From: an uncultured bacterium
GTDB taxonomy: Bacteria; Latescibacterota; Latescibacteria; Latescibacterales; Latescibacteraceae
DNA length: 36,284 nucleotides
Assembly: GCA_964426865.1 (NCBI GenBank)
Contig: CAYRTQ010000001.1
Location: 32,513-68,796, forward strand
Direction: 5' to 3'
Position 1 is the stretch's first letter, and every line of letters begins with the position of its first letter. The position numbers and the translations under genes were made by a program. This document shows positions 25,712-33,628 of the stretch, one piece after another. Below the pieces are notes generated by a model. It had not been told where the DNA came from. It worked only from the letters and a program-made list of their open reading frames with translations, and did not search any database.

Positions 25712-26104
25712 ATGCCGATTTTGAAGTTTGGAGAATTCACCGGCGCCATGCAGGGGAACTCGGTATTTCTCTCCGCGGGTCCGGACGGGAAGTCCAATCT
25801 GACCCCCGAGGCGAGCCTGAGTTACATTGAAATGAAACCCGGCGACGAGGTCAAGCCGCATACCCACAACCGGGTCGAGATGTACGTTTTCCTCACCGGA
25901 CGGGCCAAGGCTCTGGCCGGAGACGTCATCACCGAAGTTACCACCGGCGATGCGCTCATCGCCCCCATCGGAACCCCTCACGCCCTGAAAGTCATCGGCA
26001 ACGAACCGCTCCGGTATTATGCCTTCAACTCGCCGCCGGCTTCCTCCTGTCCCATGATCCCCGCTCCGGAGGAAGTGCTCTGGAAGTGGAATCAGCCCCG
26101 CTGA
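25712..26104 (+). CDS. Cupin-domain protein
   Basis: AAGGAG lies 9 nt upstream of ATG 25712. Cupin motifs G(D)EVKPHTHNRVEMYVFL.G and GDALIAPIGTPHAL. Confidence 0.7.
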   Translation: MPILKFGEFTGAMQGNSVFLSAGPDGKSNLTPEASLSYIEMKPGDEVKPHTHNRVEMYVFLTGRAKALAGDVITEVTTGDALIAPIGTPHALKVIGNEPLRYYAFNSPPASSCPMIPAPEEVLWKWNQPR

Positions 26105-26130
26105 ACGGGTTTCGCGCCCGCGGACAAATG

Positions 26131-26177
26131 AAAGCCCTCAACTCCCGTGAAAACAGGGGTGAGGGCTTTTGTGTTTT
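26131..26177 (+). terminator. Rho-independent terminator after the cupin gene
   Basis: AAAGCCCTCA (26131-26140) pairs with TGAGGGCTTT (26160-26169), with an inner CCC/GGG extension. TGTGTTTT follows. Confidence 0.75.
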
Positions 26178-26220
26178 GAGCGGCGGAGAGGGGGAGAAAA
26201 TACCGTCCGCACATATGGCA

Positions 26221-26359
26221 CCATGTCAACCAGAGAATATGAGGTATAATCCTTGGCTGGCTTCGACAAGCTCAGCCAGCGGTGAGTGCTGAACCTGCGG
26301 ACACTGAGCCTGTCGAAGTGTCGAAGCGCAATCCACTCAAAACCACCCAGTTGACAAGG
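26221..26359 (-). repeat. MITE-like dispersed repeat, copy 2 (reverse orientation)
   Basis: The reverse complement starts CCTTGTCAAC and ends GGTTGACATGG. It contains the identical 28-nt core CGCTGGCTGAGCTTGTCGAAGCCAGCCA. It sits 2 nt from the S8 protease stop codon. Confidence 0.75.
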
Positions 26360-26361
26360 CA

Positions 26362-29300
26362 CTATTTTACCACCAGAATTTTTCCGGTGCGGATCAGGGT
26401 TCCGGAGCGGAACCGGTAGATATAGACTCCCGAGGCATATGGTGAGCCGTCGAACGAAACCGTGTGCGTTCCCGCCCGCAGTGGGGCGTCCACCAGCGTG
26501 GCGACTTTCTGGCCGGTGATGGAATAAACGGAGAGCGTTACCCGCGCGGGACGGACGATCACAAACCGTATGGAGGCGGAGGGATTGGCGGGGTTGGGGA
26601 ATGCCGAGAGCGACTCGAGAAGGGCTTCCCCATCGCCGGAGGCCGGACCGGGACCTTTCGTTTCATCGCGCCGGAACCGGGGCGGATCATACCCGGTTCC
26701 CGCCGAATCGTACGCGAGACGGAGCGTTCTTTCCCCGGGATCGAGCGCGGCGGCGCGATCGGCGAATTCCCTCGCCTTGACCGTATCGCCCAGATACTCG
26801 CCGTATATGCGGGCGGCCCCCGCCAGGAACGCCGCTTTCGACGCCCCGTTTCCGCAGTTTTCCGCCGATTCGAGCAACACATCCCCCGCCGCTTCGTACC
26901 GTCCCTCCCGCAGCAGCACACCACCGCGGATATGTTCGAGCCACTCCCGGTATGTTCCCTGTCCGAGAGCAAGTTCCCCGGCGACCATGCGGGCGGGTTC
27001 GCGGTAGTCCCGTCCGCTCCGGTCCTGAACACGGATCAGGGCGGCGATGATCTCCCGCTTTTCGCTTTCCGCTCCGGAGGGTGAGAACCGCGAGAGATAC
27101 ACGTCCCGCGCACGGCTCCATTCCCCGGAGTCTTCGAATTTCAACGCAAGCGCCCGCCATCCATCCCGGTCGCGCGAGTCCGGCTTTGCCGCCCGGTCAA
27201 TCCCATCGAACATGGTCGTGACATACCCGGAGGGATCAACCATCGCGGGGAAACTGAACAGGAAGTTGAAATCGGGATTCTCCCCCCAGTAGTTGTTCCC
27301 CGCGTCGATCCTTCCCGAGGGGGAATTGTTGATCGCCCGGCGTCCCGGTGCAGGACAGATATTGTTCGCGCCGTTCAGATTGATTGACGATCCCTCGACG
27401 ACCTGGATGCAATCTCCGGCGCTGTTCCGGATGTCGCTCGAATCCATCAGCGCCGAAGAGAACCCGCACACCAGTATTCCATGGTACGAATCGGCGACTT
27501 TCACATTGCGCAGACGGGGAAAGGCGGATGCTCCGGAAACGGAAATCCCGCCGTTCTGGAAATCACGGTCGGAAGTGCGTTCGCAAACGATGTTGCGGAG
27601 AAACGGCGAGCAGTTGTCGATCCATATTCCCGCCTGACGACAGTTGCGGATGGTAATTGTGTGGACGCCATTGGATATCCCGTTGGAATCCAGGAGATCG
27701 ATCCCGCAGTCGGCGTATTCGATGGTCAGGTCTCCCGCGGCTTCCAGCTTTCCTCCCGGCCCGATGTCGATCCCGCTCCAGTATGTCCCCCTTTCCGTCC
27801 GGGTGAACCGCGCGCCCTCGGAGACTTTCAGAATGCCGGATACCCGGATTCTCTTTCCGTCCGCGATCCGCAGAGTCGCCCCGCTCCCTATTTCCAGCGT
27901 GCGGCCGGAAGGGATGACGATATCTCCGGTGACATCCATGTTCTGACGAATGGTCAGGTCTGTCGCCACGGTCCCGCGTCCGAGCGCATGGAAAAGAGTG
28001 TTGAACGCATTCACCCTTCCCCGCCCCATTTCCCTGCACCGTCCGCCGGAATAGTCGTACCCGCCGACCGGGTCCGCACCCATGCGGATATAATCCATCA
28101 CCTGCGCAACGTTCAGTTCCGGACGGATGGAGAGCAGGAGCGCCGCCACCCCGCTGACATGCGCCGCCGCCATGGATGAGCCGGACGATAGCCCGTAATC
28201 GCGGGCGCACCGGCTCACTATCTGGTCCTCAAGGTAGAATGTCCCGTTCATGGGGGTGGTGGAATAGATGTTTTCCCCGGGAGCGGCTACATCCACCCAA
28301 TCGCCAAAGGAAGAAAAGGAAGCTTTCACCTGATACCGGCTGCTGGCCGAAACCGCCAGCACTTCCGGGTATGCCGCGGGATACCGGGGGGAATCGTTCC
28401 CCGCGTTTCCGGCGGAAGCGACCAGCACCATCCCCGCGCGGTAGCTATCGAGAATGGCGGCATGGAGCAGGGTATCCCCCTCGGAACCGCTGAAACTCAT
28501 GTTGACCACCCGGCACCCGGCCTCGCGCGCCCGGTCGAGCGCCGCGATGATGTCAGCCATGTTTCCCCGGGAAAGGTGGTATCGCGGAGCCAGCGACATT
28601 TCCAGGGAATAGATGGCTCTCAAAGGCATCAGCTTCACATTCCAGGCGATTCCCGCGATTCCGGTGGCGTTGTCCCCCTTCGCGCCGATGATTCCGGCCA
28701 CATGCGTCCCGTGTCCGAATTCGTCGAAGGGAAAGGGGTCGCGGTCCGCGTAATCGCCGACAGGACGGAACCAGTATCCCCCGGCGTCGAGCACGGAATC
28801 CGCCTGGCTGGCGTTGCAGAAATCGAATCCGTTGATGAGGTTCTGTTTCAGATCGGTATGGGTGGTATCGATTCCGGTGTCGATGACCCCCACCAGCACC
28901 GAGGACGCTCCCCTGGTGACGTCCCAGGCGGACTCGGTGTCGATATCCTTGTCCGGGGGGGCGTCACGCACCGACCACTGCTCCGGATACTCCGTGTCGT
29001 CCGGAGTGAGATCGGCGGAAAACAGCAGGTTTCGCGAGACATGGACGATCCCGGGACTGGCCCGCAGGGAAGAGATCGCCTCATCGGGATCGGTCCCTCT
29101 TGGTATTTTCAGGACCGCCATTTCACCTCCCAGCGCCGCACGGAGACGGACGGAGATGGGGATTTTCCGGAAACCTTCAACGGTTTCCGTGGTTCCGGCG
29201 ATTTTCAGCCGCCCTTCGGAGGGCGGGATATCCCTCAAGATGACCACGATTTCATCCGATACAGACGGAGAAAGGGCATGCGGGATCGAGACGGGGGGCG

Positions 29301-29376
29301 ATTCCCCGGCGGTTACGCCGCAGAGGAAGACGGGCAACGCCAAGGCCGGGGCTATCCGTAAAATTGGTATGCGCAT
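26362..29376 (-). CDS. Secreted subtilisin-family (S8) serine protease with beta-helix-like repeats, helical-repeat region and T9SS-type C-terminal sorting domain
   Basis: Signal peptide IAPALALPVFLCGVTAG. Catalytic triad motifs VGVIDTGIDTTHTDL (Asp), HGTHVAGIIGA (His) and GSSMAAAHVSGVAALLL (Ser). C-terminus FPNPANPSASIRF..VTLSVYSITGQKVATLV..GTHTVSFDG..ASGVYIYR. Confidence 0.9.
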   Translation of the reverse strand: MRIPILRIAPALALPVFLCGVTAGESPPVSIPHALSPSVSDEIVVILRDIPPSEGRLKIAGTTETVEGFRKIPISVRLRAALGGEMAVLKIPRGTDPDEAISSLRASPGIVHVSRNLLFSADLTPDDTEYPEQWSVRDAPPDKDIDTESAWDVTRGASSVLVGVIDTGIDTTHTDLKQNLINGFDFCNASQADSVLDAGGYWFRPVGDYADRDPFPFDEFGHGTHVAGIIGAKGDNATGIAGIAWNVKLMPLRAIYSLEMSLAPRYHLSRGNMADIIAALDRAREAGCRVVNMSFSGSEGDTLLHAAILDSYRAGMVLVASAGNAGNDSPRYPAAYPEVLAVSASSRYQVKASFSSFGDWVDVAAPGENIYSTTPMNGTFYLEDQIVSRCARDYGLSSGSSMAAAHVSGVAALLLSIRPELNVAQVMDYIRMGADPVGGYDYSGGRCREMGRGRVNAFNTLFHALGRGTVATDLTIRQNMDVTGDIVIPSGRTLEIGSGATLRIADGKRIRVSGILKVSEGARFTRTERGTYWSGIDIGPGGKLEAAGDLTIEYADCGIDLLDSNGISNGVHTITIRNCRQAGIWIDNCSPFLRNIVCERTSDRDFQNGGISVSGASAFPRLRNVKVADSYHGILVCGFSSALMDSSDIRNSAGDCIQVVEGSSINLNGANNICPAPGRRAINNSPSGRIDAGNNYWGENPDFNFLFSFPAMVDPSGYVTTMFDGIDRAAKPDSRDRDGWRALALKFEDSGEWSRARDVYLSRFSPSGAESEKREIIAALIRVQDRSGRDYREPARMVAGELALGQGTYREWLEHIRGGVLLREGRYEAAGDVLLESAENCGNGASKAAFLAGAARIYGEYLGDTVKAREFADRAAALDPGERTLRLAYDSAGTGYDPPRFRRDETKGPGPASGDGEALLESLSAFPNPANPSASIRFVIVRPARVTLSVYSITGQKVATLVDAPLRAGTHTVSFDGSPYASGVYIYRFRSGTLIRTGKILVVK

Positions 29377-29770
29377 GATGAATCCTCTCGAGTAAGAAGC
29401 TGGAGAGCATTGCCGGGCGGAGAACGGGATATCCGGTCCGGTCGGGCAGGAATGCGGGTTGCTCGGGAGCGGGGAGTGTGCATGGGGGTGGAAACAACGT
29501 TTTTCATGAATTGGGAATGGTCACGAGGATGAACCGGAAATGAAATATTTTAACATAATATACTAATAATATAATCTATCCTCCCGGATTGCCAACGCGG
29601 AAAGTTGGACATCAATCCCGGCGATCCGTTCATTCTCCGGCAAAATGTCGTCCGGATGATTTCACCTGAAAAATTTCGCCTGAAACATGCGGGGATGACT
29701 TCCCGCCGGCACCGTGTTTCTTATCACATCGACAATTCGGAATAACCCGAACACTTTCCGGAGGAAGCTC

Positions 29771-30061
29771 ATGGATACCCTGTTGGAAATGGCCCGCGCC
29801 TGCATTCAGAATTTTACCTGGCAGAGTCCCGTATCGTTTGCCATCATCGCGGTCGCCCTGCTGGCGTTGACCGGACGATGGGGGTCCGTACTCCTCGTGA
29901 TTGCCACGGCGGTTCTCGCCGCGGTCGCCCAGAATCTCATTGTCATGAACATCCAGACCGCGCGGGAAATCGCCACGGTGCCCGTGGTCATCTATTGCAT
30001 CGGCGGCATTGCGGTCGGGATTATTTTCGTGGTATCCTTCGTGCGGTACATGATCTCCTGA
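29771..30061 (+). CDS. Small hypothetical membrane protein (about 3 TM helices)
   Basis: A GGAGG RBS precedes ATG 29771. Hydrophobic segments VSFAIIAVALLAL, VLLVIATAVLAAVA and VVIYCIGGIAVGIIFVVSF. I recognise no family. Confidence 0.5.
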   Translation: MDTLLEMARACIQNFTWQSPVSFAIIAVALLALTGRWGSVLLVIATAVLAAVAQNLIVMNIQTAREIATVPVVIYCIGGIAVGIIFVVSFVRYMIS

Positions 30062-30141
30062 TCCGGGGAGATTTTTTCCCCTGTTCGACGGCGCCCGGCA
30101 CGGTCAAGAAATATGGCTGGAGATATCCATCAGACAGACAA

Positions 30142-30180
30142 AATCCCGAAGCGGGTTTCCCCGTTCCGGGATTGTTTTTT
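30142..30180 (+). terminator. Rho-independent terminator after the small membrane protein gene
   Basis: AATCCCG (30142-30148) pairs with CGGGATT (30167-30173). GTTTTTT follows. Confidence 0.6.
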
Positions 30181-30209
30181 GCCCGGACTTTTTTCCCGCG
30201 TTCCCCGCT

Positions 30210-30243
30210 CCATTGTTGACAATGGACTCCTGGTCACTATATT
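30210..30243 (+). promoter_or_regulatory. Sigma70-like promoter with palindromic operator overlapping the -35 box, upstream of doxX-like gene
   Basis: TTGACA (30216-30221), a 16-nt spacer, then TATATT (30238-30243). The palindrome CCATTGT-TG-ACAATGG (30210-30225) covers the -35 box. Confidence 0.45.
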
Positions 30244-30403
30244 ATGACATTCGGTGTGTGGGGCGCACCGTGCCTTGTCCGCCCTTTACCGGGAATTCCC
30301 CCGTGATTGTACCGGAAAGCGCGACCCGTTTTCTGCGCCCGAAGCCTGTCGCCTGACGCTTTTGCGCCCGTTCTTTTCATCACGTTTCCGAAAGAAAGGC
30401 TGC

Positions 30404-30916
30404 ATGATGAACAAGTCTGTCACCCTGCCGCAGTACTCCACCCTGCAACTCTCCACGCTCGTTCTTCTCCGGGTGCTCATCGGCTGGCATTTTCTCTATG
30501 AGGGAATGGTCAAATTGATGGACCCCGCCTGGTCCTCGGCAAGTTTCCTCCTGGAATCAAAGTGGATATTCGCGCCCATATTCCATTTCATGGCCACCAC
30601 CCCGGTCATCCTGGGATTTGTGGACTTCATGAACATGTGGGGGCTCACCGCCATCGGGCTCGGTCTCATCGTGGGATGTTGCTCGCGGATCGCCTCAGTC
30701 GCGGGAATGCTCATTCTGCTGCTCTACTATGTCTGCACTCCTCCGCTCATCGGGATGACCTATTCCGTACCCACCGAGGGGAGCTATCTCATTGTGAACA
30801 AGAATCTCATCGAGATGGTTGCGCTCGGAACGCTCGCCCTGTTTCCCACGGGAAACATCATCGGTCTGGACCGTCTGCTGGGTATGATGAAAATACCCGC
30901 GCGGAAAGCGGCCTGA
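30404..30916 (+). CDS. DoxX-family membrane protein
   Basis: LLRVLIGWHFLYEGMVKL and four hydrophobic helices match the DoxX pattern. Start chosen at MMNKS; the upstream part of the tracked ORF is non-hydrophobic and has non-coding composition. Confidence 0.65.
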   Translation: MMNKSVTLPQYSTLQLSTLVLLRVLIGWHFLYEGMVKLMDPAWSSASFLLESKWIFAPIFHFMATTPVILGFVDFMNMWGLTAIGLGLIVGCCSRIASVAGMLILLLYYVCTPPLIGMTYSVPTEGSYLIVNKNLIEMVALGTLALFPTGNIIGLDRLLGMMKIPARKAA

Positions 30917-31125
30917 AGCGCGCTTTCACGCCACGGTCCGAAGGCAAGGAACCGGCTGGATCTCCCGTCATCGTCGCTGGAACGGCGAATTCGCGCGGCA
31001 CACTTCCGTATTGACTTCCAGGCCGCATCGGCGGGCCGTTCGGCAGGGCGATACCGGAATCCCGCGAATCGGGTTCGGATGGAAAATCAGGCATTTTGGC
31101 ACTCTCTATTTTCAGGAGATGAATC

Positions 31126-32736
31126 ATGAGCGAAGAAATAAAAGATTCCGGCGGGCAGACCCCCTCCGGCAAGACTCCCTCCGGCAACGGCAAGCGCGGA
31201 TATTTCGACCGTCGCGACATGCTGAAAGGGCTGGCCACCGTTCCGGTGCTCGGCGTGTTCTTCTACAAGCTGGGCCGTAAGCAGGCGGTGGACGAGTACA
31301 AAAAGAACCAGATACTGGCCGAGTTGGGGATGGACAAGAAAGCCCCGGCGGTTCTGCCCAAGACCACCATGAAGAAGGCCGGGCAGCTCGTCCGGGTCGG
31401 GATCATCGGATATGGCGGACGGGGCGAAAATGTCGTCCGCGCCGCCGGGTTCGCCCATCCCGAATGGATAGAGCAGAAAAAAATGGCGGAAAAGGATACC
31501 GGTGAAACCTCCCTGAAGGATTATCTGGACCAGGAAGACCTGAACATCGCCATCACCGGCGTATGCGACGCGTTCGATATCCGGGCCGACCGCGGAGTCG
31601 CCGCCTCCGAGGTGGAGCCGCGGGCGGGCGGGGGAAAGAAGCTGGCCGCCGCGGAAAAATTCCGCACCTACCAGGAACTCCTCGCCAGTCCCGACATCGA
31701 CGCCGTGATCATCGCCACCCCGGAGCACCAGCACGCCCAGATGGTCATCGACGCGCTCGCCGCCGGGAAGCATGTCTACTGCGAAAAACCCATGACCAAG
31801 ACGTTCGATGAAATCGCGCTGGTGGAGGATGCGGTACGCAAGAGCGGCCTGGTATACCAGCTCGGCCACCAGAACCGTCAGGTGGAGAGCCACATCAAGG
31901 CCCGCGAGATGATCGAGAAGGACCTCCTGGGCAAAATCACCCTCATCGAGACCACCACGAACCGTAACAACCCCAACGGCGCCTGGGTGATGAGCATCCA
32001 CAAGGACGCCAGCCCGGAAAACATCGACTGGAGAGGGTTTCTCTTCAACGCCACGCCGCGTCCGTTCAACCTGGAACGGTTTTTCCGCTGGCGCTGCTGG
32101 TACGATTACGGCAACGGGCTGGCGGGGGACCTCCTTTCCCACGAGTACGACGCGGTGAACCAGATCATGCATCTGGGCATTCCCAAGACCGCTTCCGCCT
32201 CGGGCGGCGTCTATTTCTACAAGGACGGCCGTGAGGTGCCCGATGTTTTCAATGTCACCTTCGAATACCCGGAACGGGAGCTGACTCTCGTGTACAGCGC
32301 CACGCTCGCCAATGGACGCGACCGGGGCATGGTGTTCATGGGCCATGACGGCTGCATGGAAGTGGGCGGCGGCATTACGGTCACCGCGGACCCGGAGTCC
32401 TCCCGTTACAAGCAGAAGATCGAGAACAAGGTCATCAATCCCTCCATGCCGCTCTTCGCGTACACCCCCGGGGGATCGGGGTTCGACGCGGTGACCTCGG
32501 CCACCGCGAAGTATTTCGCCTCCAAGGGGCTGATGTACACCTATCGCGACGGCAAACGGGTGGACGCCACCAACCTGCACATCAAGGAATGGCTGGACTG
32601 CATCCGTAACGGCGGCACGCCCTCCTGCGGCATCGACCGCGCCATTGAGGAGGGAATCACCTGCCAGATGGCCACCATTTCCTATCTGACCGGACGCAAG
32701 GTGACCTGGGACGCCGCGGCCCGCAAGATTGTCTGA
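31126..32736 (+). CDS. Gfo/Idh/MocA-family NAD(P)-dependent oxidoreductase with twin-arginine (TAT) signal
   Basis: A CAGGAG RBS is present. TAT motif FDRRDMLKGLATVPVLGVF. Rossmann motif VRVGIIGYGGRG. Also AVIIATPEHQHAQMVIDALAAGKHVYCEKP. Confidence 0.8.
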   Translation: MSEEIKDSGGQTPSGKTPSGNGKRGYFDRRDMLKGLATVPVLGVFFYKLGRKQAVDEYKKNQILAELGMDKKAPAVLPKTTMKKAGQLVRVGIIGYGGRGENVVRAAGFAHPEWIEQKKMAEKDTGETSLKDYLDQEDLNIAITGVCDAFDIRADRGVAASEVEPRAGGGKKLAAAEKFRTYQELLASPDIDAVIIATPEHQHAQMVIDALAAGKHVYCEKPMTKTFDEIALVEDAVRKSGLVYQLGHQNRQVESHIKAREMIEKDLLGKITLIETTTNRNNPNGAWVMSIHKDASPENIDWRGFLFNATPRPFNLERFFRWRCWYDYGNGLAGDLLSHEYDAVNQIMHLGIPKTASASGGVYFYKDGREVPDVFNVTFEYPERELTLVYSATLANGRDRGMVFMGHDGCMEVGGGITVTADPESSRYKQKIENKVINPSMPLFAYTPGGSGFDAVTSATAKYFASKGLMYTYRDGKRVDATNLHIKEWLDCIRNGGTPSCGIDRAIEEGITCQMATISYLTGRKVTWDAAARKIV

Positions 32737-32818
32737 GACGGTTTTTCGTCCACCCGGAACCGGGGGAAATATTTTGAAACCATCCGCGGTCTCATGGCGT
32801 GAAACTTAATAGAGAGAC

Positions 32819-32940
32819 GGTGAATGTTTTTTCTTGAACCGGGGAATCGCCCGTAAAAAAGAAAAGCATTCACCAAAAAACGGCCCCTGCAAGTAAATAT
32901 TGCTGTAAAAAGCATTATTGAAAACAGGGGCTAATTTTTT
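32819..32940 (+). terminator. Two consecutive long hairpins; the second is a bidirectional rho-independent terminator
   Basis: Hairpin 1: GGTGAATG(T)TTTTTCTT (from 32819) pairs with AAGAAAAGCATTCACC (to 32874). Hairpin 2: GCCCCTG (32883-32889) pairs with CAGGGGC (32925-32931), with an inner AATATTGCT/AGCATTATT stem. It is flanked by A6 upstream and followed by TAATTTTTT. Confidence 0.55.
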
Positions 32941-32956
32941 GCACCCCGGAACAGGG

Positions 32957-33239
32957 GATGTCAAGTCAATACAGTTGGGTGGTCTGGGCTTCGACACTTC
33001 TACAGGCTCAGTGTCCGCTGGTTGAGCTTAGTCCCAATACCGTTCATGTAACCACGAAAGACACGAATCACACGAAAAATGAGTGCTTCACAGGAGAAAT
33101 TTCGTGATTTTCGTGCCTTTCGTGGTAGAAAGTTTTTCTCTTTTCGACTAACACAAACCGTATTAAGCTTAGCCCGCTGGCTGAGCTTGTCGAAGCCAGC
33201 CAACCCAAGATTACACCCAAGGGTTTCTGGTTGACAGAG
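32957..33239 (+). repeat. MITE-like dispersed repeat, copy 3, split by a nested insertion
   Basis: Starts GATGTCAAGTC and ends TTCTGGTTGACAGAG, as copy 1 does. It carries the GCTTCGACA..GGCTCAG left module and the identical 28-nt core. About 150 nt of extra sequence, including a CACGAAA-type hairpin, sits between the modules. Confidence 0.7.
33051..33125. repeat. Nested CACGAAA-repeat hairpin inside MITE copy 3
   Basis: ACCACGAAAGACACGAATCACACGAAA (33051-33077) is an imperfect inverted repeat of TTTCGTGATTTTCGTGCCTTTCGTGGT (33099-33125). The loop is 21 nt. Confidence 0.6.
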
Positions 33240-33349
33240 CAATCCGCGCTGTAAGGGAGAAGTTTCCCCCCGATGCGCCTTTTTGGTACGGTTCCCGGTT
33301 ACCCGGGAGAGCCGATGGAACCCGCCGGGACCGAATTCGATAAACGGCA

Positions 33350-33378
33350 TTGCTCTTGTATGTAATCTGCTATATATT
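33350..33378 (+). promoter_or_regulatory. Candidate sigma70-like promoter for the histidine kinase gene
   Basis: TTGCTC (33350-33355), a 17-nt spacer, then TATATT (33373-33378), inside a local AT-rich island. Sequence match only. Confidence 0.3.
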
Positions 33379-33628
33379 AAACTCATACATTCGCATGGCC
33401 GTGGCGTGGCGGGGCGCATCCGGGGACGCGGGATTCCGCGTGGACAGCGGGGAACCGGACATGTCCGGGGGGTTTCTTTTTTTGGATAATATCCCCCGCA
33501 TGCCCGGCGCCAGGGAACGAAACGGAAAGGGGAGCGTCTCAAATGTCTGGCGGGGAGATGGTGGGGAATGGCGCGTATGGACGGCTCTTCATGGGCGAGT
33601 TTTTGAATCGGGCGTTAGCCGGGAGCGA

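Noticed and set aside
31097-31112. Sigma54-type promoter (TGGCAC-N5-ATTTT) upstream of the oxidoreductase
   Set aside because: The -12 element lacks the conserved GC. The implied transcription start would fall downstream of the CAGGAG ribosome-binding site, only a few nt before the ATG.
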